A stretch of 64,000 nucleotides of DNA. Origin: Octopus vulgaris (lineage: Eukaryota). The notes below the pieces were generated by a model, which searched no databases, had not been told where the DNA came from, and was given only the letters and a program-made list of their open reading frames with translations. Below are positions 38,019 to 53,247 of the stretch, piece by piece. Within the stretch, counting starts at the first letter, position 1; each line of letters begins with the position of its first letter. A program made the position numbers and the translations under genes. The DNA is taken from NCBI GenBank assembly GCA_951406725.2, contig OX597816.1, positions 86,862,001-86,926,000 of the forward strand. Reading direction: 5' to 3'.

Positions 38019-39682
38019 ATGTATATACATACACACACACACATATATACATATATGTATGTGTATACAGACACACACATATGTGTGTGTGTAGTGTGTT
38101 GTTGTGTGCTTGTATTCAACATGATAATGCGTGTTAGCATTATTTTTTATGCGTGCTAAGATGGGAGCGCTAATTACAGACAGTCCTTCCATACTTAATA
38201 AACAATTTTGATTTGTTTTTTGTTGTTGTTGTAGATTTAAATCAGTGTATATTAATTTTTTTCTTTTCTTTTCCAAATTAAAAACCCCTTTAAACGTTTT
38301 AGGGAAAGCAAATATAAAGACGAATAAGAGATTAAGTCTAATTAGGATGCATAATTCGATGGTTAATTCTTAAATGCACTAAAGTAAATTCTAAACAAAA
38401 TCAATAGTGAAAAACACATAAAAGTAGAAAAACAACCAGTTATCGTAGTGGATATTGACAGTCTATTATTTCAAGGCAATTCTGGGACAACTTAATATAA
38501 ACATTTTATAGTCTTAAACTCATCAACAGTATATTCTCTTATCGGCGTCCCATTATGCACGTGCTTATATGATATATATAGACACGTACATGTATATAAT
38601 GTAACCATGAATTTGTGTATGTATATATTACATGCATATGTGGACACTCATCATTTTGTGTCAGCGCTATGTTTAGACGTATATGTGTATGTGTGCTTTT
38701 GAGCATGTGAATCTCTGGGTTTTATGAAAACATCGATGTTTACATAAAAACACCCTTGCACTCCTCTGTACATCTGTGTAGAAAATATATATACATACAT
38801 AAACACATATATATGTAGGATGTATATATGCATATATATATATATGCATGTATACAGACGTACATATATGTAGGGTATATATATATACACACGCTACATA
38901 AGTGTGTCAGTATATCTACAAGTTTTCTACACACACACAAACATATATACCTACATACATACATGTGTGTATGTATGTATATATGTATGTATATATTTAT
39001 ATATGTATGTATATATATTTATACACCTATCCGCTCATACGTGTCGATACGTTTAAAATGATAAGCTTATACCCAGTACATGCTAACACACATAGCCACC
39101 AGCATCTGCCTTTATACAAATTTATTCATGTCTATTCTTTTGTAGTCGAATAAGCGAGCGCATGTAGACTATTCAGAACGTGCTTGATTGTGTATCCGTG
39201 TTTCCTTTTTGTGAGTGTGTACGTGCGGGCGTGTGTGCGCATGCATGACGATACATATTTATATGCACGCATATTCATACACATATACTCATTCACAGCC
39301 ACGCAAAAAAAACACACACCAGGAAATATATACACAGAGAGATACCTATACCCATAAAAGTACACGTGCATAGACAACCACGAAAGATTTCCTTCCATGC
39401 ATACATACAAAAAGCAATTACTAACGGTAAAGTAGCTTAATGGTGTTTAAAAATCAATATATTTGTGTATACATATGTTGCTTATACACAGTTGGTTGCA
39501 TATACGAATTTTAGTTAAATACATGAACTCATATAAGTGCATTCACGCAAAAGGGTGGCATAGCATACACAAGCATAGAGCGAAATGAATACAAAATGGC
39601 AAATATACAAGTAAATGAAATGAGGACACAAACTCTGAGGTGATATAAACATACATGCATACATATTATATGCATATAAACA

Positions 39683-39725
<43 letters not shown>

Positions 39726-40104
39726 ATATATATATATGACCCTTCATTTCTAGCATTGAACGACAATATGAGTCTTCGAAGTCAGTTTCTCCCATAAGTA
39801 CCATAACAAATCCTTCTTCTCCTCGTGTGATCATCTTTCTTTTCTTACAGGAGTGTCCTAAGGACTGCATATATCTTATCTCTTTCTTCTATCTTTTCTC
39901 TTGTCAAAGAAAATATTTGTCCGACGTTCGCTATTTTTTCCTCGTTCTGGTCAAACAATGTTTGTTTTCGTTCGGTTTTCTTGTATGTCTCCACTGCCCT
40001 GTTTTGTTCCCACCTTTGACCCTCCACAAATCCCAAATTTTATTTTGGTACTTATGTCAGAAACTGTCTTTGAAGACTCATAATGTCGTTCAATGCTCGA
40101 AATG

Positions 40105-40236
40105 AGGGGTAGATAGACAGATCGACTTCGCCTTTCATCCTTTCGAGGTTGATAAATTAAGTACCAGATGCGTACTGGAGTTGATCTAATCGACTGACCT
40201 ACTCCCCCAAAATTTCGGGCCTTGTGCTTAGAGTAA
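40105..40236 (+). mobile_element. SINE family B, 3' part
   Basis: tcgacttcgcctttcatcctttcgaggttgataaattaagtaccag. Confidence 0.8.
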
Positions 40237-40350
40237 AAAAGAGACAAAAGAAAGAATACAATTTTGCATTCTAAGCTGTGTGTTATCCTATTGCTACGAT
40301 GAAACTTGAAGAGTCGTGTATTTAACGAAATAAACTAAAATACGAGACAC

Positions 40351-40424
<74 letters not shown>

Positions 40425-40512
40425 ATGTGTGTGTGTGTGTATGTATATGTATGTATGCATATCTATTTATCTATTTATCTATCTCTCTAGATAGATACTG
40501 AGATAGATAATG

Positions 40513-40614
40513 AGAAGGTTATTTGTTATGACTGGCCGGTCGCCTGTACAGCGAAGTGTTTATAAGTGTGAAACCAATGGTTATCCTCTGACCGGCCATG
40601 ACAAACAACCTTCT
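40513..40614. repeat. ~100-bp hairpin containing a GAAAC-palindrome (hammerhead relic?)
   Basis: agaaggttatttgttatg..ggccggtc / gaccggccatgacaaacaaccttct; inner gaaaccaatggtta. Confidence 0.7.
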
Positions 40615-40691
40615 AAGTATATAATATAACATACATGTATGTGTGTATATGTGTATATGTGTGTATTCATACATGCATACATATATACGCG

Positions 40692-40734
<43 letters not shown>

Positions 40735-41106
40735 TGTAAGCATTTATGTATGCATGTATGTGTCTATATATACATATATCAGTTATACACGTATACGAGA
40801 CACCAATTAATTTTCGTCTATTTTATGTAGATGCGTCTCTAATTACCTCATTCACTCTAATTTGTATCTTTACATTGAGCAAGATTTTATGCCCAAAGGG
40901 GAATACACAGACAAACATCGTACATACATATATCTTCCACTCGCTAATGTTCTGCTAAATTAACCATACAAGATTCATTACTTCCAATAATGCATTTAGC
41001 TGGAGATTAACACCTATATAGTAATCCTAGTTAAAATCTACTTAAACACTGTTCTTTAAGACCTTCATAAATCTTACCTCTCTTTTATTTATTGCTATTA
41101 TTGTTG

Positions 41107-41182
<76 letters not shown>

Positions 41183-42022
41183 TATTTGATATTTACATTT
41201 TGTTTTCTGGCATTGTCCATTAACATTTGTTTATATGTTGTATTCTCTGCTTATTTCCTCAGTTTCTCATTAGTCACTATTTCCCTTTCTATTTTCCTAT
41301 ATTTCTTTCTTGTCTTTGTCATGTGTCCCCTGTTACTCCTTATTTGTTGTGCAACTGTTTCTCACTTCACATCAGTCAAGTTAACCTCTTTTTCTTTTTC
41401 TCTCTCCGTCTCCTTCTTAAACATTCTCTCTTCTCTATCTCTATCTCTCTCTATGACATATATACTCATTGTTACTGTTTCGTCTTCTCGAATTGCCTCT
41501 CCAAGTCTCCCCAAATACCAATGTGAACCGGTGTCCCATTCTCTATCCTTCTTACCACACACTTCAAGCAAATACAGAAACAAACCGTACAGTAAAAGAT
41601 TGTAGCAGTTAGAGACTCTACAAAAGGAGAGGCATGAAGGTCACAAATCTCACTACAGCTGGACACAATAAAAACGATATTAGTGACAAGAATACAAAAA
41701 TAATTTGTGAAAGAAATATGTAAATGACAAGTTTACACTAATTTTTTGCTGTATTTTTTTTGGCCTTTTAATGTACTGTACTGAATAAGTGCTCGGCACA
41801 GCCATTTTATATCAGCTAATATTACACTAGCTACACTAGACTACATTGGAAGCAAGCTAGCTGAGAGCTCGTAAATAACAAATAAATTGGTCTGCCTACT
41901 GATGCGTAAGATGTTTTTTTCCTTTTGTTTTTAAACATTTTATGTATGTGTGTATGTGTGTGTATATATATATATATATATAGATACTTGCATGTACACA
42001 CACATATATATAGATATATATA

Positions 42023-42058
<36 letters not shown>

Positions 42059-42070
42059 ATGTATGTGTGC

Positions 42071-42122
<52 letters not shown>

Positions 42123-42294
42123 GCGTGTATGTTTTTGTGTGTAGTTCATATATTTGATTATTTTTGTTTTACGTTAATCTTATATTTTTTGTTATACGGT
42201 CTAGAAGATTCTAGGGGAAAATGTTTGCTAATTATTATGGGAGACGTGTCTTATTATACCTGTGAATGTTCTAATTACATATATATACATCATG

Positions 42295-42350
<56 letters not shown>

Positions 42351-44394
42351 GTATGTATATGTATATCTATATGTATATATATGTATATATACTTATGTGT
42401 ATGTATTGGTATATATACATCTATTTTTCTATCTATACATGTTTCTATATATAAATGTGGGGAGAGTAATGTGTTTATGTTTGGAAGGCGAAAGTTGTTG
42501 CCAATGATACATTTTTGAATCAGTGTGTGCCAAGCTATATGAGACAAAATAAAGGAAAATTATATATGTATGGATTTATTTGTATGGGAAGAGTTTCGTC
42601 AAATGTGTGTAGTACCAAATTAGATATTTCCTGATATTTAGTTTCCTACTAGCCAATTCTTTTTACGTTAGAATCCAATATCTCCCCGCTCTTTGTCATG
42701 GAAAAAGTAAATGAGTTCAACATTTTTGTTCTAATTATTCCTTATATATATTACCCTAAGTGGATGTTAATATTGTCTCATTTTTGCCTATTTCTGTGGT
42801 TTACGGCATTAACGAATGAGCCGTGATTCTGATTTAGTCTGTTAGATATTAGAGCCAAGTATTTCTCAGATCTCACATTACATTCTCAAAAAGGAAACGA
42901 CATATGGAAAGTGTAGTTCTTAAATACGGGACGGTCTTGGTTAGAATGATTTTAGTCATAGTGCCGCTCAACCTGAGTTGAACCGAAGCAAAACAATAGC
43001 GACAATGATATCAACAACAGTTTCTCCTGGATCATTTCACGCTACAAAAACTAAATTGTATGAGAGGAAATCCTGCACCTATATAATATACATTAGTCTC
43101 TGTCCGATAATTTTCAAATCAAAACAATTAGTCTCAATACTTCATTTGTGATAGGCTTTACTCAACACTATCCTCTTCCGCTCTCGTTAATTGACTTGTT
43201 GAGGAACAAATCTCATTGGAGATAACACCAAACAAATTACGTACATTCTTACGCGCAGTTGACTTAGCGCTATTCATGCTTTTTGTCATATCAATACAGC
43301 CCTCCATGTGATATTAAGTATTATAGAAGATTATATGTACCTTATGTAAGATATTTACTGCCGACTGTAATCCCATCACAACACAAAATAATCGTAAATC
43401 AAAATAGAGAACTGAGAATGTGGAGAAAAAAATTGAAATCTTTGTTTTGTTATTTAAAGAAGAGTTTTGATGACTAAGAGGAGAAAGTAAACCATAACAC
43501 TCTTATTGATTAAAAGTTCACATCTACTTAATTTGTATCATTTTCGTTCTGGAGGTAGAAACTATTACTCTAAGTTACGTATACCAATACGAAGTAACAG
43601 ATAAATTTAGCAATGCAGAAAGTTATATATGAGTTCGTATCATCCATGCTTGTGGATATTCCTTTGTAGTTAAAATGTAATACATACATCACATCTCATC
43701 TACAGGGTTATTCTTTTGCTACTGATGATCAGATAACAAATAGTATGAAACAAATTGATGCTTTAAAAATCTCACAGTGTGCAGCAAAATGTTATTTTTT
43801 GCCTTACAAGGATATAATCCACATCATCGGCAACAGTTCAGAAAGGTCTGCAATGTAGTGCTTTTCCATAGGATTTGACAGTGTCACTAAAATCTTTCAT
43901 AAGGCTATCTGCAGGACGGATTGTCCTGACAGTCGTTAAGACCGCACTCGGTGCAAAATTTATTCAACGTTTAAAAATAAGGAAAATTCCAATAAAAAAG
44001 CAACCCGTTGTAAAGGCAATAAACCTGAAATATTTCTTTTACGGGACAGAGGTCAAAAGTAATGCATTGCCGTGGATAGAAGTTAGCGGCCCTGCTGTGA
44101 ATGTCTTATCTATGTTCATGGAGAAGGTAAGAGTCTTTTAAAGATCTTGTATATGGGTTACTGACTTTTTATTTACACATAATATTATAGGCGCATCGGG
44201 TTATGAACCAACATTTTAACAGAAAGGACTAGAAAGGCTGGAATTTTACAAGAAAGAATGAGAATAACTGACTTATATCATTCCAAATGCGATAAAGATT
44301 TATAAAACATTCCAAAAGTTCTACATGTGAGTCACTTAAAATGGAAACACATACGCACACAGTGAGTGTGTGTATGTATATATACATACATACA

Positions 44395-44765
44395 AGGAAT
44401 ACTGGTGGAACATTCCTATCAAGACATCTGCCAAGAGTTAACATAAAAAGCCGGATATTGTTGTTTGGACCTTCATGAAGGTCAGCTGTCCTGCTGATTT
44501 GAATATTTCTCTGAAAATGAAAGAGAAAGGGGATAACTTTGAACAACTGTTTCGAAACCTCCAGCCTCTATATCAAGATTATAAATTCACATTTATACCA
44601 ATAATAATTGGTGCACTAGGTTTTGTAAGTAAATGCTTAAATGAATATCAGGATAAGCTAGGGTTTTCAGAAAAAGGAATCAACCCTCTAATTCGCACAT
44701 TGGTGATACAGTCTCTCAGTGAAACAGTAAATATATGCAAGACTTCGCTGAAGTTTAAAATGATA
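44395..44765 (+). mobile_element. RLE-type non-LTR retrotransposon 3' fragment
   Basis: YWWNIPIKT..KKPDIVVW..VSCPADLNI..KEK..FIPIIIGALG. Confidence 0.8.
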
Positions 44766-45400
44766 CATTGTTTTATCTACATTACAACGATCGAGCTTTG
44801 TAACTTTGCTAGAAACCAACTTCTTTTTCAAAGAAAGAATTTAAATAATTAAAAGCAAAAGAGTACATTCATGCATGCCTACATACATGCATACATACAT
44901 ACATACATAGATACATACATGTATACATACATACATGTAAAGAAAATACATTTGCACTTTTAAACCTATTTATTGGTTTATTTGGTGAGACAGGGTTGTT
45001 ATCGTTGACTTCTAAGTATCTCTGATATTGGGAAACACCTCCGAAATAACCGCCTTTACATATGCAACCTCACACTCACACATATTCACAATTGTGTGCT
45101 TGCGCTTACGTATTTACCTTTTTTAAAAATAAAACTGGAAATGTCTTGAATAAAACAAAAAGACTGATACAATGCCTTGTTTTTTTTTTTTTTTTTTTTT
45201 TTTGGCTTTTACTTCACTGATGGAGATCTCTATTATGAACAGGTCTCCATCGTTGGCTTATACAGGCATAACAACATACGTGAGACAGTGGTTGGAAGAA
45301 TTGGCAGTTATTTTTATTAAATCTGATAACAACGTTACGTCTCCCTTCAAGGATCATACAAACATACACACATTCAAACACACATATATACGTGTGTATA

Positions 45401-45469
<69 letters not shown>

Positions 45470-45969
45470 GTGACATCATAAAATATAAAGGAATATTATT
45501 TATATGTTTTATTAGTATATTCCTTTGAATAGACAGAAAGATAGAGGGAGAGAGAGAGAGAGAGTATGTGTATCTATGTGGTGAATGGGAAGAGAGAGAT
45601 ACACTTGCAAAATAAATGGGCTTGCACACGCTGTGAGCCGGGTAAGGAAAGACTGTGAAATCCAATTGCATGATTCGGCAAAGGGCACGAAAACATATCA
45701 CAAAAAAATTATTAACAAGAATTCTGGCTGTCCGTCCAAACATTATTTGTTCTTACTGTGTGATGACACACAATTATATTTGGTTACTGTTCAAACAAAA
45801 CAGTAGGAATTACGTGTATGGGGGTGGAGTGGGGTGGGGGTGCAGAATCAATGTTTAAGACTTTGGACGTGATTCACCGATTCATCATATTTGACAGAAT
45901 TCGGATTCCTTCAGGCAGTCACTAACAAATGCAAAAACAACAACAACGACGACGACGATGGCGATATTG

Positions 45970-46021
<52 letters not shown>

Positions 46022-46473
46022 CGATGATGACGATGATGATGATGATGAATAAGAAATGAATAAAATAATTATTTGCAAAGCTAACAAAAAATATACGAGA
46101 AAAAACAAAAAATGGGACTTCTTCCATGACAACGGATTTCTTAACTTAGCAACAACTCGTCCGATCATTGGCAACAAACAATAGGAAGGAGTAGAAGAAA
46201 AAGAAAAAAAGGGACCAGGAAAGGGAGAGAACGCTGATCAAATTTGAAGGGGTATTCTGACACAGACTACTTGAGTCAGCAAATGGCAAACAATCGAATT
46301 GGAGGAAGAAGTAAAAGCAGAGTGTTATAGGAGAATATACTTAACGGAGAATCTATCGTTAATAAACAAAAGTGTCTTCCATCGTGGTATTACAGCAAAA
46401 GTTGCGAAACGAAAATGGAATGGTGTCAGGACAGTTATAGAAAGGAAAATATATTTCGTTTGTGTATTTGTAG

Positions 46474-46506
<33 letters not shown>

Positions 46507-46674
46507 AGGGTATCCATGTATTCACACACATACACACACACAAAATACATAAATATATATGTACATATATATATGTAAGCATGACTATTCATTGATGTGT
46601 GTGAACATGCAGACACGTATATATACATACATAAATACGTAGTACATACATACAGGCATTCATACATACATACC

Positions 46675-46716
<42 letters not shown>

Positions 46717-47191
46717 CATACATACATGCATACACACAGACACATATACATACATACATACATACATACATACATACATACATACATACATACATACATA
46801 CATACATGCATGCATACATATGTCGTTGCTATTATGCAAAATCTCGTAAGTCCAAAACATTGCTTTTTCAGAAAACGAAAAAACCGTCGTACTACACTTT
46901 GACAATTCTTGATATCTTGGCATCTGAGGCAGCTGGAGATACGATAGTTTGATCAAAAGAACCGGCTATTGCAGGCAAAAATAAATGTTTAAAACGCATG
47001 ACGTCAAATTTGGACATGCGACAATTTAACATAATAACAGAAACTTGATAAGCTGAAAATCTGTTCAGTAGGTCACAAGTTCGAAGTCACTGTCAGCATT
47101 TTCTATGTAAGAAAATTCGTTTCTACTCTAGGCATAAGGCCCTCTATGTAAAAAAAAAACTATTTATTCTACTGAAAGATATTCAGTAAAT

Positions 47192-47504
47192 GTGGGGGCC
47201 CAATGGCCTAGTGGTTAGGGCAGCGGACTCGTGGTTGTAGGACCGTGGTTTCGATTCCCAGACCAGGCGTTGTGAGTGTTTATTGAGCGACAACACCTAA
47301 AGCAGCACGAGGCTCCGGCAGGAGATGGGGGTTGAACTTTGCTGTACTCTTTCACCACAGCTTCCTCTCACTCTTTTTCCCTGTTTCTGTTGTACCTGTA
47401 TTTCGAAGGGCCAGCCTTGTCACACACTGAACCTCCCCTAGAATTACGTCAAGGGTACACGTGTCTGTGGAGTTCTCAGCTACTTGCACGTTAATTTCGC
47501 GAGC
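47192..47504 (+). mobile_element. tRNA-derived SINE, family D (possibly the tRNA-Arg-derived OR type described in octopus)
   Basis: Head ggcccaatggcctagtggttagggcagcggactcg..ggtttcgattccc with A/B boxes. Confidence 0.8.
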
Positions 47505-47662
47505 AGTATTTCGTCTGTCTTTATGTTCTGTGTTCGAATACCGCCGCGGCCGACTTTGCCTTTCATTGTTTTGTAGTCGATAAAGTTGATTACTCGGATC
47601 CAGGTAATCAACTTGCTCGCTTCACGGAACCTGGTAACCTTGTGACAAAATTTGAAACCAAT
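47505..47662 (+). mobile_element. SINE family B fragment
   Basis: gtatttcgtctgtctttatgttctg..cgactttgcctttcat..gtcgataa. Confidence 0.7.
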
Positions 47663-48254
47663 ATTACTCTAGTTTCTGCTTCTTGTTCAAACTCAGGTAA
47701 TTAAAATCATCCAAGCAGCAGCAGCAGCAGACAGACAGCCAGACAGACAGTGCCTATGTATTAGTTTTTGTATCCGCAGGTATATGTTCGCGTGAGTGTA
47801 TCTACATGTTATTTACGTATGTACTAGAGGACGCATCATATATCTCTACTTTGAATGTATAAATGTGCGCGCGATTTACGTTTGTGTACTGTCATGTATA
47901 CATACATACATAATCTGTGCATATGTAGCTATGCATGTGTGAAGGAATGTATGTATGGATTGATTGATTTGCTTGTAACTCAGGCGTTACTGGGCAACTC
48001 AAATTACAGATGTATATACATGCCTAAGTTGTGCACCGCAGGAGCGAACTTGATTCCACACAGCTGTGAGACGTTCTGTTCAACCACATGACTATGACGG
48101 CTTCGTTAAATAAAAAAGTATAGCCTGTGCTTTAAAAGTAATTTATTTTCCAAATATTCATATGCGTTCACCGTGTCTATGTGACTATATGTATATGTAT
48201 CTATATGTGACAGATACACATATGTATGTATCATTATACGCGTTATTTGTATGC

Positions 48255-48291
<37 letters not shown>

Positions 48292-48330
48292 TATACATAT
48301 ATATACATATATATACACACATATGTATAT

Positions 48331-48431
<101 letters not shown>

Positions 48432-49692
48432 GATGCACACACACGTATTTAAATGTGTCGCTAATCAGTTGGATTTTTTTACAAGGTTCGCTGCAAGCCT
48501 AATAATCAATTAAGACAATGTTGCAATAACACCCATTCAATTAAATTTTATTCATATTTATTACATTGATGTGTAAGCTCTGCAATACAGCGCAGCAAAC
48601 CTAGAATCAAAACCCGATATAATATGAAGATCAGTAGGAACGGGCATTGATGTTTTCGAAAATTATGGGTCCACGATAATTTCTTCTGAACTTTTAATCA
48701 AATTATGGATGAAATGTGGTATGATGCTGTATAGTTTTGTACAACTAGTTTTTTGTTCTAGATTATGATCAGATAAAAGGAAAATTGCCTTTGATTTGTG
48801 CTGTTTGAGACCTAAATTGAATTAAAGTAAGCCTCGCAAAAATTACACACTGCTGTTCCACGAATGAATCAGGATAAAAAGTATAAAGTCTGTCTCAGGC
48901 GATACGATGTTTCTAATGATAGGTATATCAAATAATGGTCTGTTTTGAAATGAGTTCAAATTAATTGTGCGTTTCAGTTTACTTGCTGTTTGTTTCTTGC
49001 AATATCAAGCACTTTCCTTTAAACTAATTTGCCAAACCTGAAAGTATTTTTTATATCTAAAGAAGCAATCTAGGACTAAGTGGAATTGTGATCGTCTACA
49101 TAAGTTAGAAAATAAAAAACAGTAAAAATTTATTAAGGAACATGAAAACCGAAACTGCTAGATAAATGAAGTTGATTATTTCTTATAACGGTACCCGCTC
49201 CAAATTTACAAAAAAACTCATATGAGCCTTAACACAGTGTATTCTTTTGCTAGAAATAGCAACCAAGTCTTGCTCAAATTACTCCTTATTTTCTTAAAAG
49301 AAAAGGCACGTTGGGAAATTCTGATATAGAAGCACAAGAAGGCTAGGTCGTCAGACTGGATATCCCGATCAAAGGCCTCATTCAGCAATACCACAAACAA
49401 GAAAGTCATGTCACAACTATAATACCACGATCAGCAGACAACCCTACTTTGTGGCCCTAAAAATATGTAACGATGATAATATCGAAATATTTATATAATC
49501 ATCTGAAGCTTTATCAGACGGTCACGATTTTTAATGAAATTGATTAAATCGGCTCACAGTAGATGGCTAGTTTATATATCTAATCGTTCAGCTGGGACAT
49601 AGTTTTTAGATTGACCACATGATTTGAACTCAAGATCTACGTGAATGAAAAATGAAATAAAATACGCAATAAGGCTTACAACTTGAAACATA

Positions 49693-49848
49693 TAGGCGTG
49701 GCTGTGTGGTAAGATGTTTGCTTCCGAATCACATAATTCCATGTTCGGTCCCGCTCCATGGCACTTTAAGCAAGTATTTTCGACAATAGCCTCGGACCGA
49801 CCATAGACTTCTGCTTTGGTTTGATAGATGGAAACTGAAAGAAACCCG

Positions 49849-49850
<2 letters not shown>
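49693..49850 (+). mobile_element. SINE family A, 5' half
   Basis: aggcgtggctgtgtggtaag..atagcctcggaccgacca..ggaaactgaaagaaacccg. Confidence 0.8.
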
Positions 49851-49891
<41 letters not shown>

Positions 49892-50053
49892 ACAAGCTAC
49901 AAATTATAGTCATTACATATTTTTATATCAGTAGATTTTACTTAGACACTTACATTGCGTGTGTGTGAGTGTCTTTGTCTATGGGTTTCTCATCTACTAC
50001 TGATTGGCAATTGGTGCTAGTGTATTTGTGTAAAATATGCATGCATGTATGCA

Positions 50054-50130
<77 letters not shown>

Positions 50131-50459
50131 CTATGTATCTATGTATGCATGTATGAATGTATGTATGTATGTACTCGTTCAAAGTACGAGTAATATGATT
50201 ATATATTACAATCATATGTACATGCGCGAAGGAAGCATTACAAAACATGAACGTCCTTTTTGGCCAAATTCCATTCCTATTTCGTCAGAAATTGTTACTA
50301 AAATTGTTTCCGAATATTATTTTGCTCAGAAATGTTTAGATTGTCTACAAAGAAATCATAGTTTCCATTGTTATTTGTTAGAATTGTTGAAACTAACGCA
50401 TAACCAGTGGGATTTCGTGAAAGAAATTATTATTTTGAGCCAAAATAAGTAGCAACGCA

Positions 50460-51300
50460 ATATAGAGTGTCTGTTTGTAATATTCCGTTTGAAATAGTTA
50501 TAACATCAGATATAATTGCTCCCCTCTTAGATATACGTGTGAGACTTGTTAACCTCTACTCATAGCTTCTAAAATTGGAACAAAGTTCCACAAATAGTTA
50601 CATTCACTTCTTTCCATATGACCGGTCATCACTTTCTGTATTCTTGTAATATCAGTGGTTTTGGAGTTGAAGTATATCGTATAAAGAGTTTATGGATGGT
50701 GCTTAAGCATGCAATGTTTCTATAGTTTTCTATTTGGGCTGTACTTTCATTCTTGTCTAAAAGATTTGCCTATGCTGTAACCAACCAATTCATTATGTCA
50801 ATCGTGTCTTCCAAAGTTTTTGACGTACACATATTAGTGACATCCTGTAAAACGTCAACATCTTGTATCAGTATCCCACAATGCCTTCACAATATACAGG
50901 TTTTCCAAAACATTGGTGACGATTTCAACGTTGATTCTTTCATTTTTACATTGTACAAATTTCGATTGTGTCTATCCACGACGTATTTTTGTATAAAATC
51001 GTTCGTTTCATTCCAGTTCCTTGACCAGTTCCACTTCCTTAACTATCTTCCTGAGAACGTGTTCATTTGATACGACATATTATGGAAAACAATATCTTCA
51101 TACTCCTGTAAACGGCTTAGGGATTAGAAGCGAATCTGGGGAATAATGCTGGATCGTTTTAATATCTTTATCCAGTAGCGGATTTTTCACTCAGCGACTT
51201 CAATATATCCTTTAAATTTATTAATTTCCTCCAGCATTTTTAGTGTATAATTTCCGTATAGTTTTGTTAAACTTTCCATTAGACATAGTCCCTGTACTCT
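50460..51300 (-). mobile_element. Degenerate R4/Dong-like pre-RT/RT fragment
   Basis: 'IENYRNIACLSTIHKLF' corresponds to the NYRPITCLxTxYKLF start of the RT domain; many stops. Confidence 0.6.
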
Positions 51301-51388
51301 AGAATTGTTATTCATCATCACCTCATCATGCTATTTAAATGTCCCATTCTGAACTGCAAGTAGGATATTTAAATACCATTATAACGTA

Positions 51389-51442
<54 letters not shown>

Positions 51443-52136
51443 CGTACATTTTCTCACAGAGAAGCGCATACAATGCTACACTCGCCTAAATGCACACTAA
51501 CATTAAACACTCAGATGAATAAAAGCTTTTTCTCGTTTATTTTTATCGCTTCTGTTTGTATGTTGTTGATTTTGTAATTTGTTGGTTTGATTTTGCTTTC
51601 TTTATTAACGAAGATATTAATCTAATTTCTCTTCGGCCAGAGGGGAAAAGATTGTAATTACAGTAAAACAGTAAAAATTACGTTAAGGACAAACAAGAGA
51701 AATAACTTCACCATAGCAACCAACGAAATATAAAAACTTTTCCATTTACGTTCGGAAGCATTCAAGAATCACGAATACATAGATTTGCCGTTATTGTGTT
51801 TTCATTTATTCCATTTTATTTTTTCTTATACTTTCTATTCTATTTCTTGATCATTTTCCTTCTCTTCAACCTACTTTTTCGATCTTACTTTTCTCACATA
51901 ATTTTCCCCTTTTTTTTTTCTTTTTTCCATTTTTAGAAGGAATTTGCAATCGTTAAATTAAGGTTTGTGGTTTCTCTAATGTCGTTGCTGTTTATCTTCA
52001 GCCCATCCTGACTGAGCTCACCTTTGAACAACTACATTGCATTATTTACCACGCTACGTACATTCAAGCTACATCATCCAATACAACCATGGAATGCATA
52101 ATCTAATGTAGATTTGATATGCGACAGCATATATAT

Positions 52137-52370
52137 ATTTCTTTACTACTCACAAGGAGCTAAACACAGAGGGGACAAACAAGGACAGACAAACAAGGAC
52201 AGACAAACAGATTAAGTCAATTATATCGACCCCAGTGCGTAACTGGTACTTAATTTATCGACACCGAAAGGATGAAAGGCAAAGTCGACCCCGGCGGAAT
52301 TTGAACTCAGAACGAAATACGGCTACGGATTTCGCCCGGCGTGCTAACGTTTCTGCCAGCTCGCCGCCTT
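52137..52370 (-). mobile_element. SINE family B, young, with target-site duplication
   Basis: Full head aaggcggcgagctggcagaaacg; flanked by tatgcgacagcatata at ~52118-52133 and 52370-52385. Confidence 0.92.
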
Positions 52371-53213
52371 ATGCGACAGCATATAGCCTTCACCTGCTAG
52401 CTTATGATGTGATAAATAGCTTCAGATTTGGAAGCGTAGTAAAACTGATAAAACTTCAAGTTACATGTCATCATTCTACATTAAAAATAAAAGTTTCCGT
52501 AACGCCATTATATCACAGACGATGATTGACTCGTCAGAGAAGACAAATATGCATGGTGAAGATGCACGTTTCTTCTTAAATTTTCTATTCATAATATATA
52601 ATTGAACTAGAACATGAAGGGAAATTTAAGGATAATCAAAATATGGGATTCATTATTTTATAATGTAGCCTGAACTCTCAAATACGGCATTTTTCATTTA
52701 TTTATAATTATTTTTCTTTTGCTTACAAGTAGTTCATCACAGACGCACCTGAACGTTTCATAGTGGCATGACTGTACAAAAGTTCCTTCTAGCTATCTCG
52801 TGTTTGGTTGCAATTTCATTCACGCATGCCTATCACGCACACACACAAGACACAAACATACATGCATACATACATACATACATACATACATACATACATA
52901 CATACATACATACATACATACATACAAAACATCCAAATTTGCAAATACACGCATACATACATTCTAAAATACTCTGTTGTTCATGCTGAAATACCAAAGA
53001 ATGAGCCTTGGATCTTGATTAGAAACCGGATCTTTCTCTGTTGGCAAGAAATCTTGAAATAAAACTGAATAATGACATATATACATACATGCATGCTTTC
53101 GTACGTACGTAGATGCCTACATGTATACATGCATACATACATTTATACATTTATACATACACACATACATACATACATACATACATACATACATACATAC
53201 ATACATACATACA

Positions 53214-53247
<34 letters not shown>

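Noticed and set aside
41186-41605. 139-aa hydrophobic 'membrane protein' ORF
   Set aside because: Pyrimidine-rich low-complexity DNA that yields F/L/S codons.
45890-46050. Acidic poly-D exon after ttgacag
   Set aside because: Dominated by (GAT)n, ends in a stop, and has no supporting neighbouring exons.
47192-47270. tRNA gene (also 27790-27862)
   Set aside because: A/B boxes continue into a SINE body and there is no intact cloverleaf; these are SINE heads.
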